Shown in pieces: positions 56,951-64,000 of a DNA stretch of 64,000 bases. The stretch comes from Candidatus Pacearchaeota archaeon. Lineage in GTDB: Archaea; Nanobdellota; Nanobdellia; Pacearchaeales; GW2011-AR1. Each line of letters starts with the position of its first letter. Within the stretch, counting starts at the first letter, position 1. Location: positions 1 through 64,000 of the forward strand of contig JAGVXK010000020.1 in assembly GCA_018303825.1 (NCBI GenBank). The letters are read 5' to 3'. The position numbers and the translations under genes were made by a program. Under the pieces are notes generated by a model. That model saw only the letters and a program-made list of their open reading frames with translations. It was not told the DNA's origin and did not search any database.

Positions 56951-57778
56951 TTACTTTTTAAAGAAATCAGCAACCTTTCTCAGTGAAGCTGTGCCTCTCT
57001 TACCTTCAATAACACCATCTATTATAGTTAAATATTGTTTTGCCTGTCTCGGAGTATAACCACGAACTTTTGGCTCGTTAATTTGGCGCGAAGTGCCTTC
57101 GGCACTTTCCACAGAAACCCCAAAGACAGAGCCATAATCATCGCTCAGGCTCCTGTCGTTGCAGATGAAGGCAGACCTGTAGTTCCTGTCAAGCCCGTCC
57201 AACCAGTGTCCTCTTGCATAATCTTCCCCAGTTATTCTTGGCAAATAAACAGTAACTTCTGGCAATCTCAAATTCTCTGGCAATTCATTTCTTAAAAATA
57301 ATCCATATCTATTAGCTAATTCTGGACTTTCAGCTTTCCATCTTATTGTTGGATCATCAGCAAAACTATCTGTTGGAACTGGATGAGTTTTAGCCTGTCC
57401 AAGATTCAAAACCCTTTTTTGTTCTAAAGGTTTTATTTCATCTTTTTCAGCTATCTGCCTAAGTACTTGAGTAAATGGTCTCTTGCCTTTTCTTATTTCA
57501 TCAGTTAAATAAAATTCGCCTGTTCTCTGAGCTTCTACAGCTTGTTTTGCATAGGGAATAAGCGGATTAAATTCTGCTCTTGCCAGCAATATTGCTCCAT
57601 CAACAACATTAGAATCTTCTGCTGTCCAAGCTCCTCCTTCAAAATGTGTTTGATCATTAACTCCTCTTTCTAATCTATCTTCAATAAGTTCTCTTCCTGT
57701 AGAAACACGCTTATTTGCATTCTTAGCTTGTGCTAAACAATATGCCCAATTTCCTTGGTCAATTCTTTGTAATTTCAT
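56951..57778 (-). CDS. DGR target (variable) protein, probable C-type-lectin fold
   Basis: Contains the VR HWLDGLDRNYRSAFICNDRSLSDDYGSVFGV; no signal peptide or TM seen. Confidence 0.9.
   Translation of the reverse strand: MKLQRIDQGNWAYCLAQAKNANKRVSTGRELIEDRLERGVNDQTHFEGGAWTAEDSNVVDGAILLARAEFNPLIPYAKQAVEAQRTGEFYLTDEIRKGKRPFTQVLRQIAEKDEIKPLEQKRVLNLGQAKTHPVPTDSFADDPTIRWKAESPELANRYGLFLRNELPENLRLPEVTVYLPRITGEDYARGHWLDGLDRNYRSAFICNDRSLSDDYGSVFGVSVESAEGTSRQINEPKVRGYTPRQAKQYLTIIDGVIEGKRGTASLRKVADFFKK
57091..57107 (-). promoter_or_regulatory. DGR target-recognition hairpin AAGTGCC-GAA-GGCACTT
   Basis: Perfect 7-bp stem with GRA loop, 8 nt downstream of the VR. Confidence 0.85.
57116..57206 (-). repeat. 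DGR variable repeat (VR), 91 nt
   Basis: 77/91 identical to the TR; all 14 differences are at TR adenines. Confidence 0.95.
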
Positions 57779-57855
57779 ATTTTTTATAGAAATAATACCT
57801 ATTTAAACCTTTCGCTATTGTTACTATCTAATAGTTAATACAACTCATCTTACTG

Positions 57856-58110
57856 TTATACTTTATCTTTATTTTTTCCAGCTTGTCGTCTTAAAATTAT
57901 AGTAAATCCGATTATTCTGAACTCGCAATGAACATCCAGCTTGGATTGAATGGATTTTGCCATTTCCTGGATTGAATCTCTGTCTCTTCCAGAGGATTTG
58001 AGGACAGCGATTCTTATTCTTTTGTGGGTTTTGAGAGCATTATTTAATCCTTCTATTACTCCTCCCGTAATGCCATTCTTTCCTATTTGGAATTTTGTTT
58101 CTGTTATCAT
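57856..58110 (-). CDS. yhbY: YhbY/CRM RNA-binding protein
   Basis: FQIGKNGIT, THKRIRIAVLK, IIGFTIIL. Confidence 0.85.
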   Translation of the reverse strand: MITETKFQIGKNGITGGVIEGLNNALKTHKRIRIAVLKSSGRDRDSIQEMAKSIQSKLDVHCEFRIIGFTIILRRQAGKNKDKV

Positions 58111-58688
58111 ATTTTTTCTATCCTGATGCCTCCTGCGGGAAGGGCAGAAAAAAGCTCTTCCTGAGATAAAGACTCTTTAACAGAAAGCTGTATCTTAGTT
58201 ATTATTTCATCTTTTCTTAGTTTTCCTGGAAGTATCTTTAAAATGCCTTTTTTAACTGTTTTTTCTGGGACAGCTCTTAAAACTCCTTCCTGCCTTGTTA
58301 GAACTAATTCTAATGGAACGGTTACTGTTTCTACCTCTCCTAGAACCTGCCAAGTTCCAACCTTTGCTTTTCCAGGCTTATTAAGTTGGGAGGACCTAAA
58401 AATATCAACATCTGCTGTTTTTTTTCCTGATTTCCAGGCTTGGGAAAAACAGGCTGTGAAAACTGCCGTTTCCTCCAAGTCATTTTTACTGATTTTTTTG
58501 ATATTATCTAAAATTATGCTGAACGGACTTCCTGGAGAGGAAGTATGCATAACTATGAAATCTTTTTTTTCTTTCTTAGTCAAATGAAGCATCTCTTCGT
58601 TCTGGACTGCATTCTTTCCCCCAACTACCAGCTTGCCAGAATTTGTGTAAAACCACTTATATTTCTTGTAGTTGTCAATTAAACTCAT
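58107..58688 (-). CDS. NFACT-R (DUF814) RNA-binding domain protein
   Basis: YKWFYTNSGKLVVGGKNAVQNE, MHT..PGSP, ACFSQAWK. Confidence 0.85.
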   Translation of the reverse strand: MSLIDNYKKYKWFYTNSGKLVVGGKNAVQNEEMLHLTKKEKKDFIVMHTSSPGSPFSIILDNIKKISKNDLEETAVFTACFSQAWKSGKKTADVDIFRSSQLNKPGKAKVGTWQVLGEVETVTVPLELVLTRQEGVLRAVPEKTVKKGILKILPGKLRKDEIITKIQLSVKESLSQEELFSALPAGGIRIEKI

Positions 58689-58751
58689 ATTTTAGGGTAA
58701 TAAATTCAGTTATTAAACTTAGCTATTTAAAAAATATTTCCCAAAGAATAA

Positions 58752-59360
58752 TCAGCACATCGCTGACCTTATGAATCCGAGTCTCTTTATCTCAAAATGA
58801 AGATTTTGATCATAAACTGCGTCTGAAATTGGATTGGCAGTTGTTGTCTTCTCGACCTTGACTTGGAATGTGACTGGAACTTCAGCAGCGTTATCTGGAA
58901 GGTTGATAGCTATAACGTCTTTTGACTTTCCATCGCTCGGGCCAATATCATATGTTCTTGTCAATGGTTTTTGTATCCAGCTATTTAATACAGCAGATGT
59001 CAAAGCAGCCTGACCAGAATTGGCATTTATTAGTGTGAATTTATATTTTGCCTGTTCTGATGCATGAACTGCACAGGTAATATAGTTAGTCTTTCCTGGA
59101 GCAAGTTTCACAGCTTCTTCGCTCTCTCCTATGCAGGCAACTTCTCCCCCGCTGGTCCCGAATATCCTGTTTATCTCTTTATCAGCAGTATCTGAAACTC
59201 CCGCTGTTAGTCCTATTGCTTTGCACATTATACTTCTGACTAAAACCATCCCGAGAATTAGCATTGTAACACCTAAGACAATTATGATGATAGTTCCGAC
59301 AGATAATTCAATTGCTGCTTTCTTATTTTTTGTCATTTTATACTGGAAGTTGACTGGCAA
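58752..59360 (-). CDS. Pilin-like protein with class III signal peptide
   Basis: KKAAIELSVGTIIIIVLG. Confidence 0.75.
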   Translation of the reverse strand: MPVNFQYKMTKNKKAAIELSVGTIIIIVLGVTMLILGMVLVRSIMCKAIGLTAGVSDTADKEINRIFGTSGGEVACIGESEEAVKLAPGKTNYITCAVHASEQAKYKFTLINANSGQAALTSAVLNSWIQKPLTRTYDIGPSDGKSKDVIAINLPDNAAEVPVTFQVKVEKTTTANPISDAVYDQNLHFEIKRLGFIRSAMC

Positions 59361-59697
59361 CCTGCTGCTGAGTTAATGCCTGAAGATACTTCTCGCATCC
59401 TCCAAAAGCATTGCACTGTTGAATGAAATTGGACAATGCCGAGATTACCCTCGCTAGTATGAAGCTGTTAATTAACAACCCTATGAATGAAAGAATTAAT
59501 CCTGCGACCGCCCAGCTCGTTTTTCCTTTTCTAATTTGAATAAAGCCAAATATTACCCCCAGTACTGACAAAACAAAGCCAACTGCCGGAGAAAAAACTG
59601 CAAATATTATCAAGAAAGCAATTAGAACGCTCAAAACTCCGAAGATAAAAGAGACTAACCCAAATGAGTTATCTACCATTTCCCCTTTTTTATCCAT
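59338..59697 (-). CDS. Small membrane protein (DUF4190-like)
   Basis: SFIFGVLS...GVIFGFIQ...AVAGLILS. Confidence 0.65.
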   Translation of the reverse strand: MDKKGEMVDNSFGLVSFIFGVLSVLIAFLIIFAVFSPAVGFVLSVLGVIFGFIQIRKGKTSWAVAGLILSFIGLLINSFILARVISALSNFIQQCNAFGGCEKYLQALTQQQVASQLPV

Positions 59698-59752
59698 TAT
59701 TATCTTTATGCAAAGGGTTTTATAAAGTTTTAGTTTTGGTCGGCTTTGCGTA

Positions 59753-60472
59753 CTAATTAGCCCTTAATTTTGCCAGAGCTTCATTTTGAATTTGCCTAAT
59801 CCTTTCTCTAGTCACATGGTAGATTTTTCCAATTTCTTCAAGTGTTTTTTTCTTCCCATTTAGTCTAAGAAATCTTAGCTCCAAAACCTTTCTTTGTTGG
59901 GGGTTCAATTTTTTAAGAAGATTATGCACAAAAGCAGAATCAGATCTTTCACATATATCATCGTAGGGCATTCTTGCGTGAATATCTGTTATTAATGTCT
60001 CCATTGACTCCCCATCATCGCCGGTTGGTTCATCTATGGAAACAAATGTAACTGGTCCGTCTTTTGGATGATATTTTGCCAGATATCTTCTTCTTTCTTT
60101 TTTCAATGCATTAAGAATATTTTTTCTTACATAATACCTTGCATAGGTACTCAATTTTGCTTTTTTCTTATTGTATGGATTATACCTATCAATTCCTTCC
60201 ATTAATCCTTGATTGCCCTCGCTTATTAAGTCCAATAGTGGAACCCCTCTATAGGTATATTTTTTAGCGACATTCACAACAAGCTTCAAATTGCGATTAA
60301 TTAATTCTCTTCTCGCATTTCTGTTCCCCCTCATCTTTTTTACAGCGAGTGCAAATTCTTCCTCTCTTGTTAAAAGAGGCCCAGATATCTGGGAAAGATA
60401 GACATCTAATCCATCATATGCCCTAGACCTTCTTGCTCCATCATATAATATTTTTGACATAAAAATTGACAA
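59753..60472 (-). CDS. Bacterial-type sigma-70 family factor (ATG at 60460 likely start)
   Basis: Region 1.2 YLSQI..LLTREEE, region 2 NLKLVVNVAKKY/DLISEGNQGL/STYA, region 4 TLEEIG...TRERIRQI. Confidence 0.9.
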   Translation of the reverse strand: MSIFMSKILYDGARRSRAYDGLDVYLSQISGPLLTREEEFALAVKKMRGNRNARRELINRNLKLVVNVAKKYTYRGVPLLDLISEGNQGLMEGIDRYNPYNKKKAKLSTYARYYVRKNILNALKKERRRYLAKYHPKDGPVTFVSIDEPTGDDGESMETLITDIHARMPYDDICERSDSAFVHNLLKKLNPQQRKVLELRFLRLNGKKKTLEEIGKIYHVTRERIRQIQNEALAKLRAN

Positions 60473-60541
60473 GAATTGGAGTTTAAAAACCTTATAGCCT
60501 AGTTTTGCTACTGATTTGGGAGAAAATAACAGCAGATAAGA

Positions 60542-61282
60542 TTATGCAATTGAGGGTTTGCGGGTTATCGAAGCATTGTCAAATAACCTCTTGCCGATAA
60601 TAGAAAAGTCCAGGACTCCATTGTCGCGAGCATTTTCGAAAACTAAACCATAGGCATGCATTCTGTCTATTGCCAAGCCAAATCTCACTATTCTGTCAAA
60701 ATCTTCTACATAAGATCTGCTTAAATAAATTGGATTGATTTTCAGAGGAGTTGAAATAAATTTGCTTAAATCTCTGGAAACATAATCACTTCCCGGATGG
60801 TCTTTACAATCAGATGGAATCAGAAGAACTGATGCCCTCCAGGGACTTTCTCTAAATTCTCTTTTTGCCTGTTCCTCAGATGCAATTTTTCGAAATGGGG
60901 CAACTTTTTCAGCAAGGAATTTTTTATATTCTTCGAACAAAATATCTGTATTTCTTGCTGCTCTGACAAATAATGGAACGATTGGGACTGAAACTCTTCT
61001 TATTATTTCTTTAGTTAAATTTCTTTTATCATAGGGGTAAGTCACCTCATTAATCTGCATTGCCCATTCAGAGATGCCATACTCATTAATTCCTTCAATA
61101 GGTTCTAATTCTAAAAGTAATTCATCTGCCCTTTCAACTTTCTTTGCTCCAACAAGCTTATCATACTGTGTTGGGATAATTCTCAGATATAACGAATCAG
61201 AAATCTTTGGGAGCTTGCCAAACCTTCTGTTGTATGCTGCTCTTGCTTTTTTTAGAATATATTCCAACATTTCCATTACCAT
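60542..61282 (-). CDS. Hypothetical protein
   Basis: 246-aa ORF with TATA. Confidence 0.6.
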   Translation of the reverse strand: MVMEMLEYILKKARAAYNRRFGKLPKISDSLYLRIIPTQYDKLVGAKKVERADELLLELEPIEGINEYGISEWAMQINEVTYPYDKRNLTKEIIRRVSVPIVPLFVRAARNTDILFEEYKKFLAEKVAPFRKIASEEQAKREFRESPWRASVLLIPSDCKDHPGSDYVSRDLSKFISTPLKINPIYLSRSYVEDFDRIVRFGLAIDRMHAYGLVFENARDNGVLDFSIIGKRLFDNASITRKPSIA

Positions 61283-61329
61283 AATAAAGAATATTTTCTA
61301 GCATATTTAAGTCTTCTATTTAATTTTTA

Positions 61330-62490
61330 CTACCCGCACAGACTAAATTTATCTGATGTTAACCTGATCAAATCACTGTCAAGAATTTTCTTTCTATCGT
61401 CGGCAAAAGCTTTGAATTTAATGAAAAGAGATTCAAATTCATCCTCCCTGAAAGAATATCCTAATTGTTTATACTTTGTTCTAAGAGCATTTCTTCCTGA
61501 TCTTGGACCAAAGGTTTGAATGCTTTCATAGCCAAACATTTTTGGTTCAAATATCTCATATGTATTCCTGTCTTTCAACATCCCATCCTGATGAATACCG
61601 GCTTCATGGGCAAATGCATTCTTTCCTACTATGGCTTTATTATCTTGGGGGTAATGGCCTGTGAATTGAGAGCACATCTCGCTTGTTTCTTTGATAAACT
61701 CTGTTTTTATTCCAGAATAGCCGACATTTTTCAAAATCATTGCTGCAACAATTTCCTCCAAAGCTGTATTTCCTGCCCTTTCTCCTATTCCATTTATAGT
61801 AACCTCTGCTTGTCTGGCTCCTGCAAGAATTCCCATCAGAGTATTCGCTGTAGCCATTCCAAGATCATTATGATTATGAATGGAAAAAATTGCGTCTAAA
61901 CCAGAGTTTCTTACATTATCAATTACATATTTTATTTTTTCATATGATTCTAAAGGAGCAAGGCAGCCGACAGTATCTGGAAGATTAATAGTTGTTGCGC
62001 CCTCCTCTATTGCCGCTCTAACAACTTGAACAACATAATTTAAATCAGATCTTGAAAAATCTTCGCATGAGAATTCTACATCATAAACATAAGATTTCGC
62101 TTTTCTAACTGCATTTCTGGCTTTTTCTATAACCCATCCATTAGTTTTCTTGAATTTTCCACTTATGTGGATGTCGCTTGTTGCAATGAATGTATGAATC
62201 CTTTGATTTTTTGCATTTTCAATGGCTTTTGCTGCTAATTCTATATCTCCCTCTACAGCTCTCGCCAATGAGCATATTACAACATCTTCTTGCCCAAATT
62301 CCTTGGATATTTGTTTTATTGATTCGAAATCTCCGCATGAAGAAACTGCAAAACCGGCTTCTATTACATCAACTCCCAGCTTGTGAAGCTGCTTTGCCAG
62401 AGCTAGCTTTTCATTTCTAAGGAAATGAAACCCTGGGGCTTGATCCCCGTCCCTTAATGTTGTATCGAATATAGTTATTTTATTTGTCAT
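61330..62490 (-). CDS. leuA: 2-isopropylmalate synthase-family enzyme without the C-terminal regulatory domain
   Basis: FDTTLRDG.Q, HNHNDLGMATAN, NGIGERAGN, AHEAGIHQDG; GAGGT SD before ATG 62490. Confidence 0.88.
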   Translation of the reverse strand: MTNKITIFDTTLRDGDQAPGFHFLRNEKLALAKQLHKLGVDVIEAGFAVSSCGDFESIKQISKEFGQEDVVICSLARAVEGDIELAAKAIENAKNQRIHTFIATSDIHISGKFKKTNGWVIEKARNAVRKAKSYVYDVEFSCEDFSRSDLNYVVQVVRAAIEEGATTINLPDTVGCLAPLESYEKIKYVIDNVRNSGLDAIFSIHNHNDLGMATANTLMGILAGARQAEVTINGIGERAGNTALEEIVAAMILKNVGYSGIKTEFIKETSEMCSQFTGHYPQDNKAIVGKNAFAHEAGIHQDGMLKDRNTYEIFEPKMFGYESIQTFGPRSGRNALRTKYKQLGYSFREDEFESLFIKFKAFADDRKKILDSDLIRLTSDKFSLCG

Positions 62491-62563
62491 AGAAACCTCT
62501 AAAGATTTATGATGTAGTGAAATCAAACTAAAAATAAACTGAAAGCAAACTAGAAGCTTAATT

Positions 62564-62629
62564 TCACAAAAGTAAGAGCAGCAAAGCTAAAGAACTTGTT
62601 CCACTGAAGGATTTATCTGCACTTTGCAT
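62564..62629 (-). CDS. Putative Leu-rich leader peptide (leuL-like), 21 aa
   Basis: MQSADKSFSGTSSLALLLLLL*; TTG CTG CTC TTA CTT TTG; TTTAAATA box 21 nt upstream; 73 nt before leuA. Confidence 0.7.
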   Translation of the reverse strand: MQSADKSFSGTSSLALLLLLL

Positions 62630-62724
62630 TTCTTTTAAAGAACTGGAATCTATTTAAATTTTTGCTTTTCACAGTTTATCTTCAGTACAATAAATGTTAT
62701 ATACTTCTTCCAGAACTTAATTTA

Positions 62725-62820
62725 ATGAAAAAAGTCAAAGCAGGAATACTTGGAGCAACTGGAGCAGCCAGAGGAGCAATCCTAACTGCTGAACTACTTC
62801 ATCACAAAGGCCTTTTGTAA
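62725..62820 (+). pseudogene. asd: Aspartate-semialdehyde dehydrogenase remnant (internal deletion)
   Basis: MKKVKAGILGATG (Asd-like N-terminus) fused to AARGAILTAELLHHKGLL (Asd-like C-terminus). Confidence 0.6.
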
Positions 62821-62837
62821 TTAATTCAATTATTCTT

Positions 62838-63620
62838 TTGTTTCTACCTTTTAACAAATGGTTTTATAAAGATTTGATTTTATATATAGAAATGAGAGAG
62901 GTTGAATTCAGGCCTTCGACTTTGGAAGAAAGAGAGGCGTTCTACAGGAAAGAATTCGATATAAACAAAGTTAAGAGATGGTTTAAGAAAAATGGGATGA
63001 AACTTCCCCAGATATGCGCTCTTGACGCCGGGACGGATACTGGAATAATAAAAAATCCCAAACTAAAAGGTGAAATGATTTACTTTCTGTTCTCTGAGCT
63101 GAAAGGGAAGATAAAAGAATATGTTCCAGAAGATGTTTATTATGATAGGGGAAGATACAAGCATGCCTGGCAGAAGCTCAGACATTTAAACAAAAAAAGC
63201 TGGACAGAACAAGAGATAGTATTTGATGTAGACAGCGACAATATCTCTAAATGCGACAAATTAAATGGAAGATGCCTGTCGACAGCATATAGTTATGCAA
63301 AAAATATGAAGAATGCACTAAAAAAATATTTCAAGGAAATGAAAATGGTTTATTCCGGGAGGGGATTCCATATCCATATTTTGGATAAGAAGGCGTATAT
63401 GATGAACAAGCATGAAAGGAAAGAATTCACCGCTAAATTCAGGAGATTTCCAATAGATCTATGGGTTTCGCAGGGAAATATAGAATTGATACGACTTCCG
63501 TACTCTCTTAACTCATTAGTTTCGAGAAAAGTTACGCCGATAAATAAAAAATTCAGGGCAAAAGAAGCAATCCCTGATTTTTTAAAGAAAAATTATCTTC
63601 TCTTTCTTTTCTTAGCGTAG
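62838..63620 (+). CDS. priS: DNA primase small subunit (AEP superfamily; likely start ~62892)
   Basis: VFDVDSD, YSGRGFHIH, IRLPYSLN. Confidence 0.85.
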   Translation: MFLPFNKWFYKDLILYIEMREVEFRPSTLEEREAFYRKEFDINKVKRWFKKNGMKLPQICALDAGTDTGIIKNPKLKGEMIYFLFSELKGKIKEYVPEDVYYDRGRYKHAWQKLRHLNKKSWTEQEIVFDVDSDNISKCDKLNGRCLSTAYSYAKNMKNALKKYFKEMKMVYSGRGFHIHILDKKAYMMNKHERKEFTAKFRRFPIDLWVSQGNIELIRLPYSLNSLVSRKVTPINKKFRAKEAIPDFLKKNYLLFLFLA

Positions 63621-63730
63621 TATTTTTTCTTCTTGGAATAATACTTTTTCTTTTTAGAGTAGTATTTCTTCTTCTTGCTCGAGACTCTCTTCGTCCTTTT
63701 AGAAACTTTTCCGCGCGCTTTTTTTGACAT
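63593..63730 (-). CDS. 45-aa ultra-basic peptide with (KKKKYY[S/A])3 (not in ORF track)
   Basis: GAGGTG SD and upstream TATA; 26/45 residues K/R, no acidic residues. Confidence 0.7.
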   Translation of the reverse strand: MSKKARGKVSKRTKRVSSKKKKYYSKKKKYYSKKKKYYAKKRKRR

Positions 63731-63828
63731 TTTTACCACCTCTTTTCAATTTTTGCAAACATTTTTTGATATTACTATCAGGACAAACTAGTATTTAAAA
63801 TTATTGCAAAAAATAAAAAATAATTTAA

Positions 63829-63999
63829 TCAATAAATTGCATATCCTCTTGACCCGTCATTAATAATTATTTCCGGATTGAAAACATTTCTTATTTCATC
63901 ACTGTTTGCTGGGGCATATCCATCAATATTATTAAATTTATTGACATAATTAACCATGAATTGTGAATTCATCAGCTGTGCATGTAAATGCGGCCACCA
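63829..63999 (-). CDS. 3' end of a CDS truncated by the window edge, M23-peptidase-like
   Basis: WWPHLHAQ (HxH motif)...DGY; partial. Confidence 0.4.
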   Translation of the reverse strand, partial: WWPHLHAQLMNSQFMVNYVNKFNNIDGYAPANSDEIRNVFNPEIIINDGSRGYAIY

Positions 64000-64000
64000 A

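Larger units (their letters stand above)
55612..57778 (-). mobile_element. Diversity-generating retroelement (target-TR-RT)
   Basis: RT plus TR/VR pair with adenine-only mismatches plus GAA-loop hairpin. Confidence 0.95.

Noticed and set aside
60454-60471. Two TTGACA (-35-like) hexamers at the sigma gene start
   Set aside because: They are the reverse complement of the start/Ser codons (ATG TCA A, TTG TCA A), with no properly spaced -10 box; probably coincidence.
53629-61282. Additional remote DGR targets near the cassette
   Set aside because: No second VR-like sequence or W-L-x-x-L...S-x-F...R-x-L motif was seen in other ORFs by eye; a genome-wide search is still needed.
1-64000. CRISPR array or cas genes
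   Set aside because: No regularly spaced repeat-spacer run was seen; the only long near-duplicate is the DGR TR/VR pair.

Overview
AT-rich archaeal chromosome segment. Gene content suggests a DPANN lineage, probably Pacearchaeota/Woesearchaeota-like (inference): archaeal ribosomal proteins, Spt5, aIF-5A, Rpo12, Hjc, PriS, FtsZ/SepF, AMP phosphorylase and class III-signal pilin-like proteins. The housekeeping backbone is interleaved with several accessory elements. (1) A diversity-generating retroelement (55.6-57.8 kb) sits between yhbY and rps19e. Its TR/VR pair has 14 mismatches in 91 nt, all at TR adenines, with a GAA-loop hairpin; the RT is frameshifted at a G10 tract and no avd gene is present locally. 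(2) A 21-aa leader ORF with six consecutive Leu codons lies directly upstream of leuA, a candidate archaeal attenuator. (3) A 4.16-kb cargo transposon has 26-bp TIRs and a 6-bp TSD. (4) A ~6.8-kb defence-like island carries a type IIG R-M enzyme, a HEPN-motif gene and a transposase. (5) A duplicated ~10-kb operon encodes pilin-like and giant Cys-rich proteins with Gly/Ala hydrophobic segments. (6) A bacterial-type sigma-70 gene is present. (7) Small genes missed by the ORF track include a Bd0055-type histone and a 45-aa K4YY-repeat basic peptide. Several deletion and frameshift remnants indicate ongoing genome reduction. All family calls are from motif recognition by eye, not database searches.
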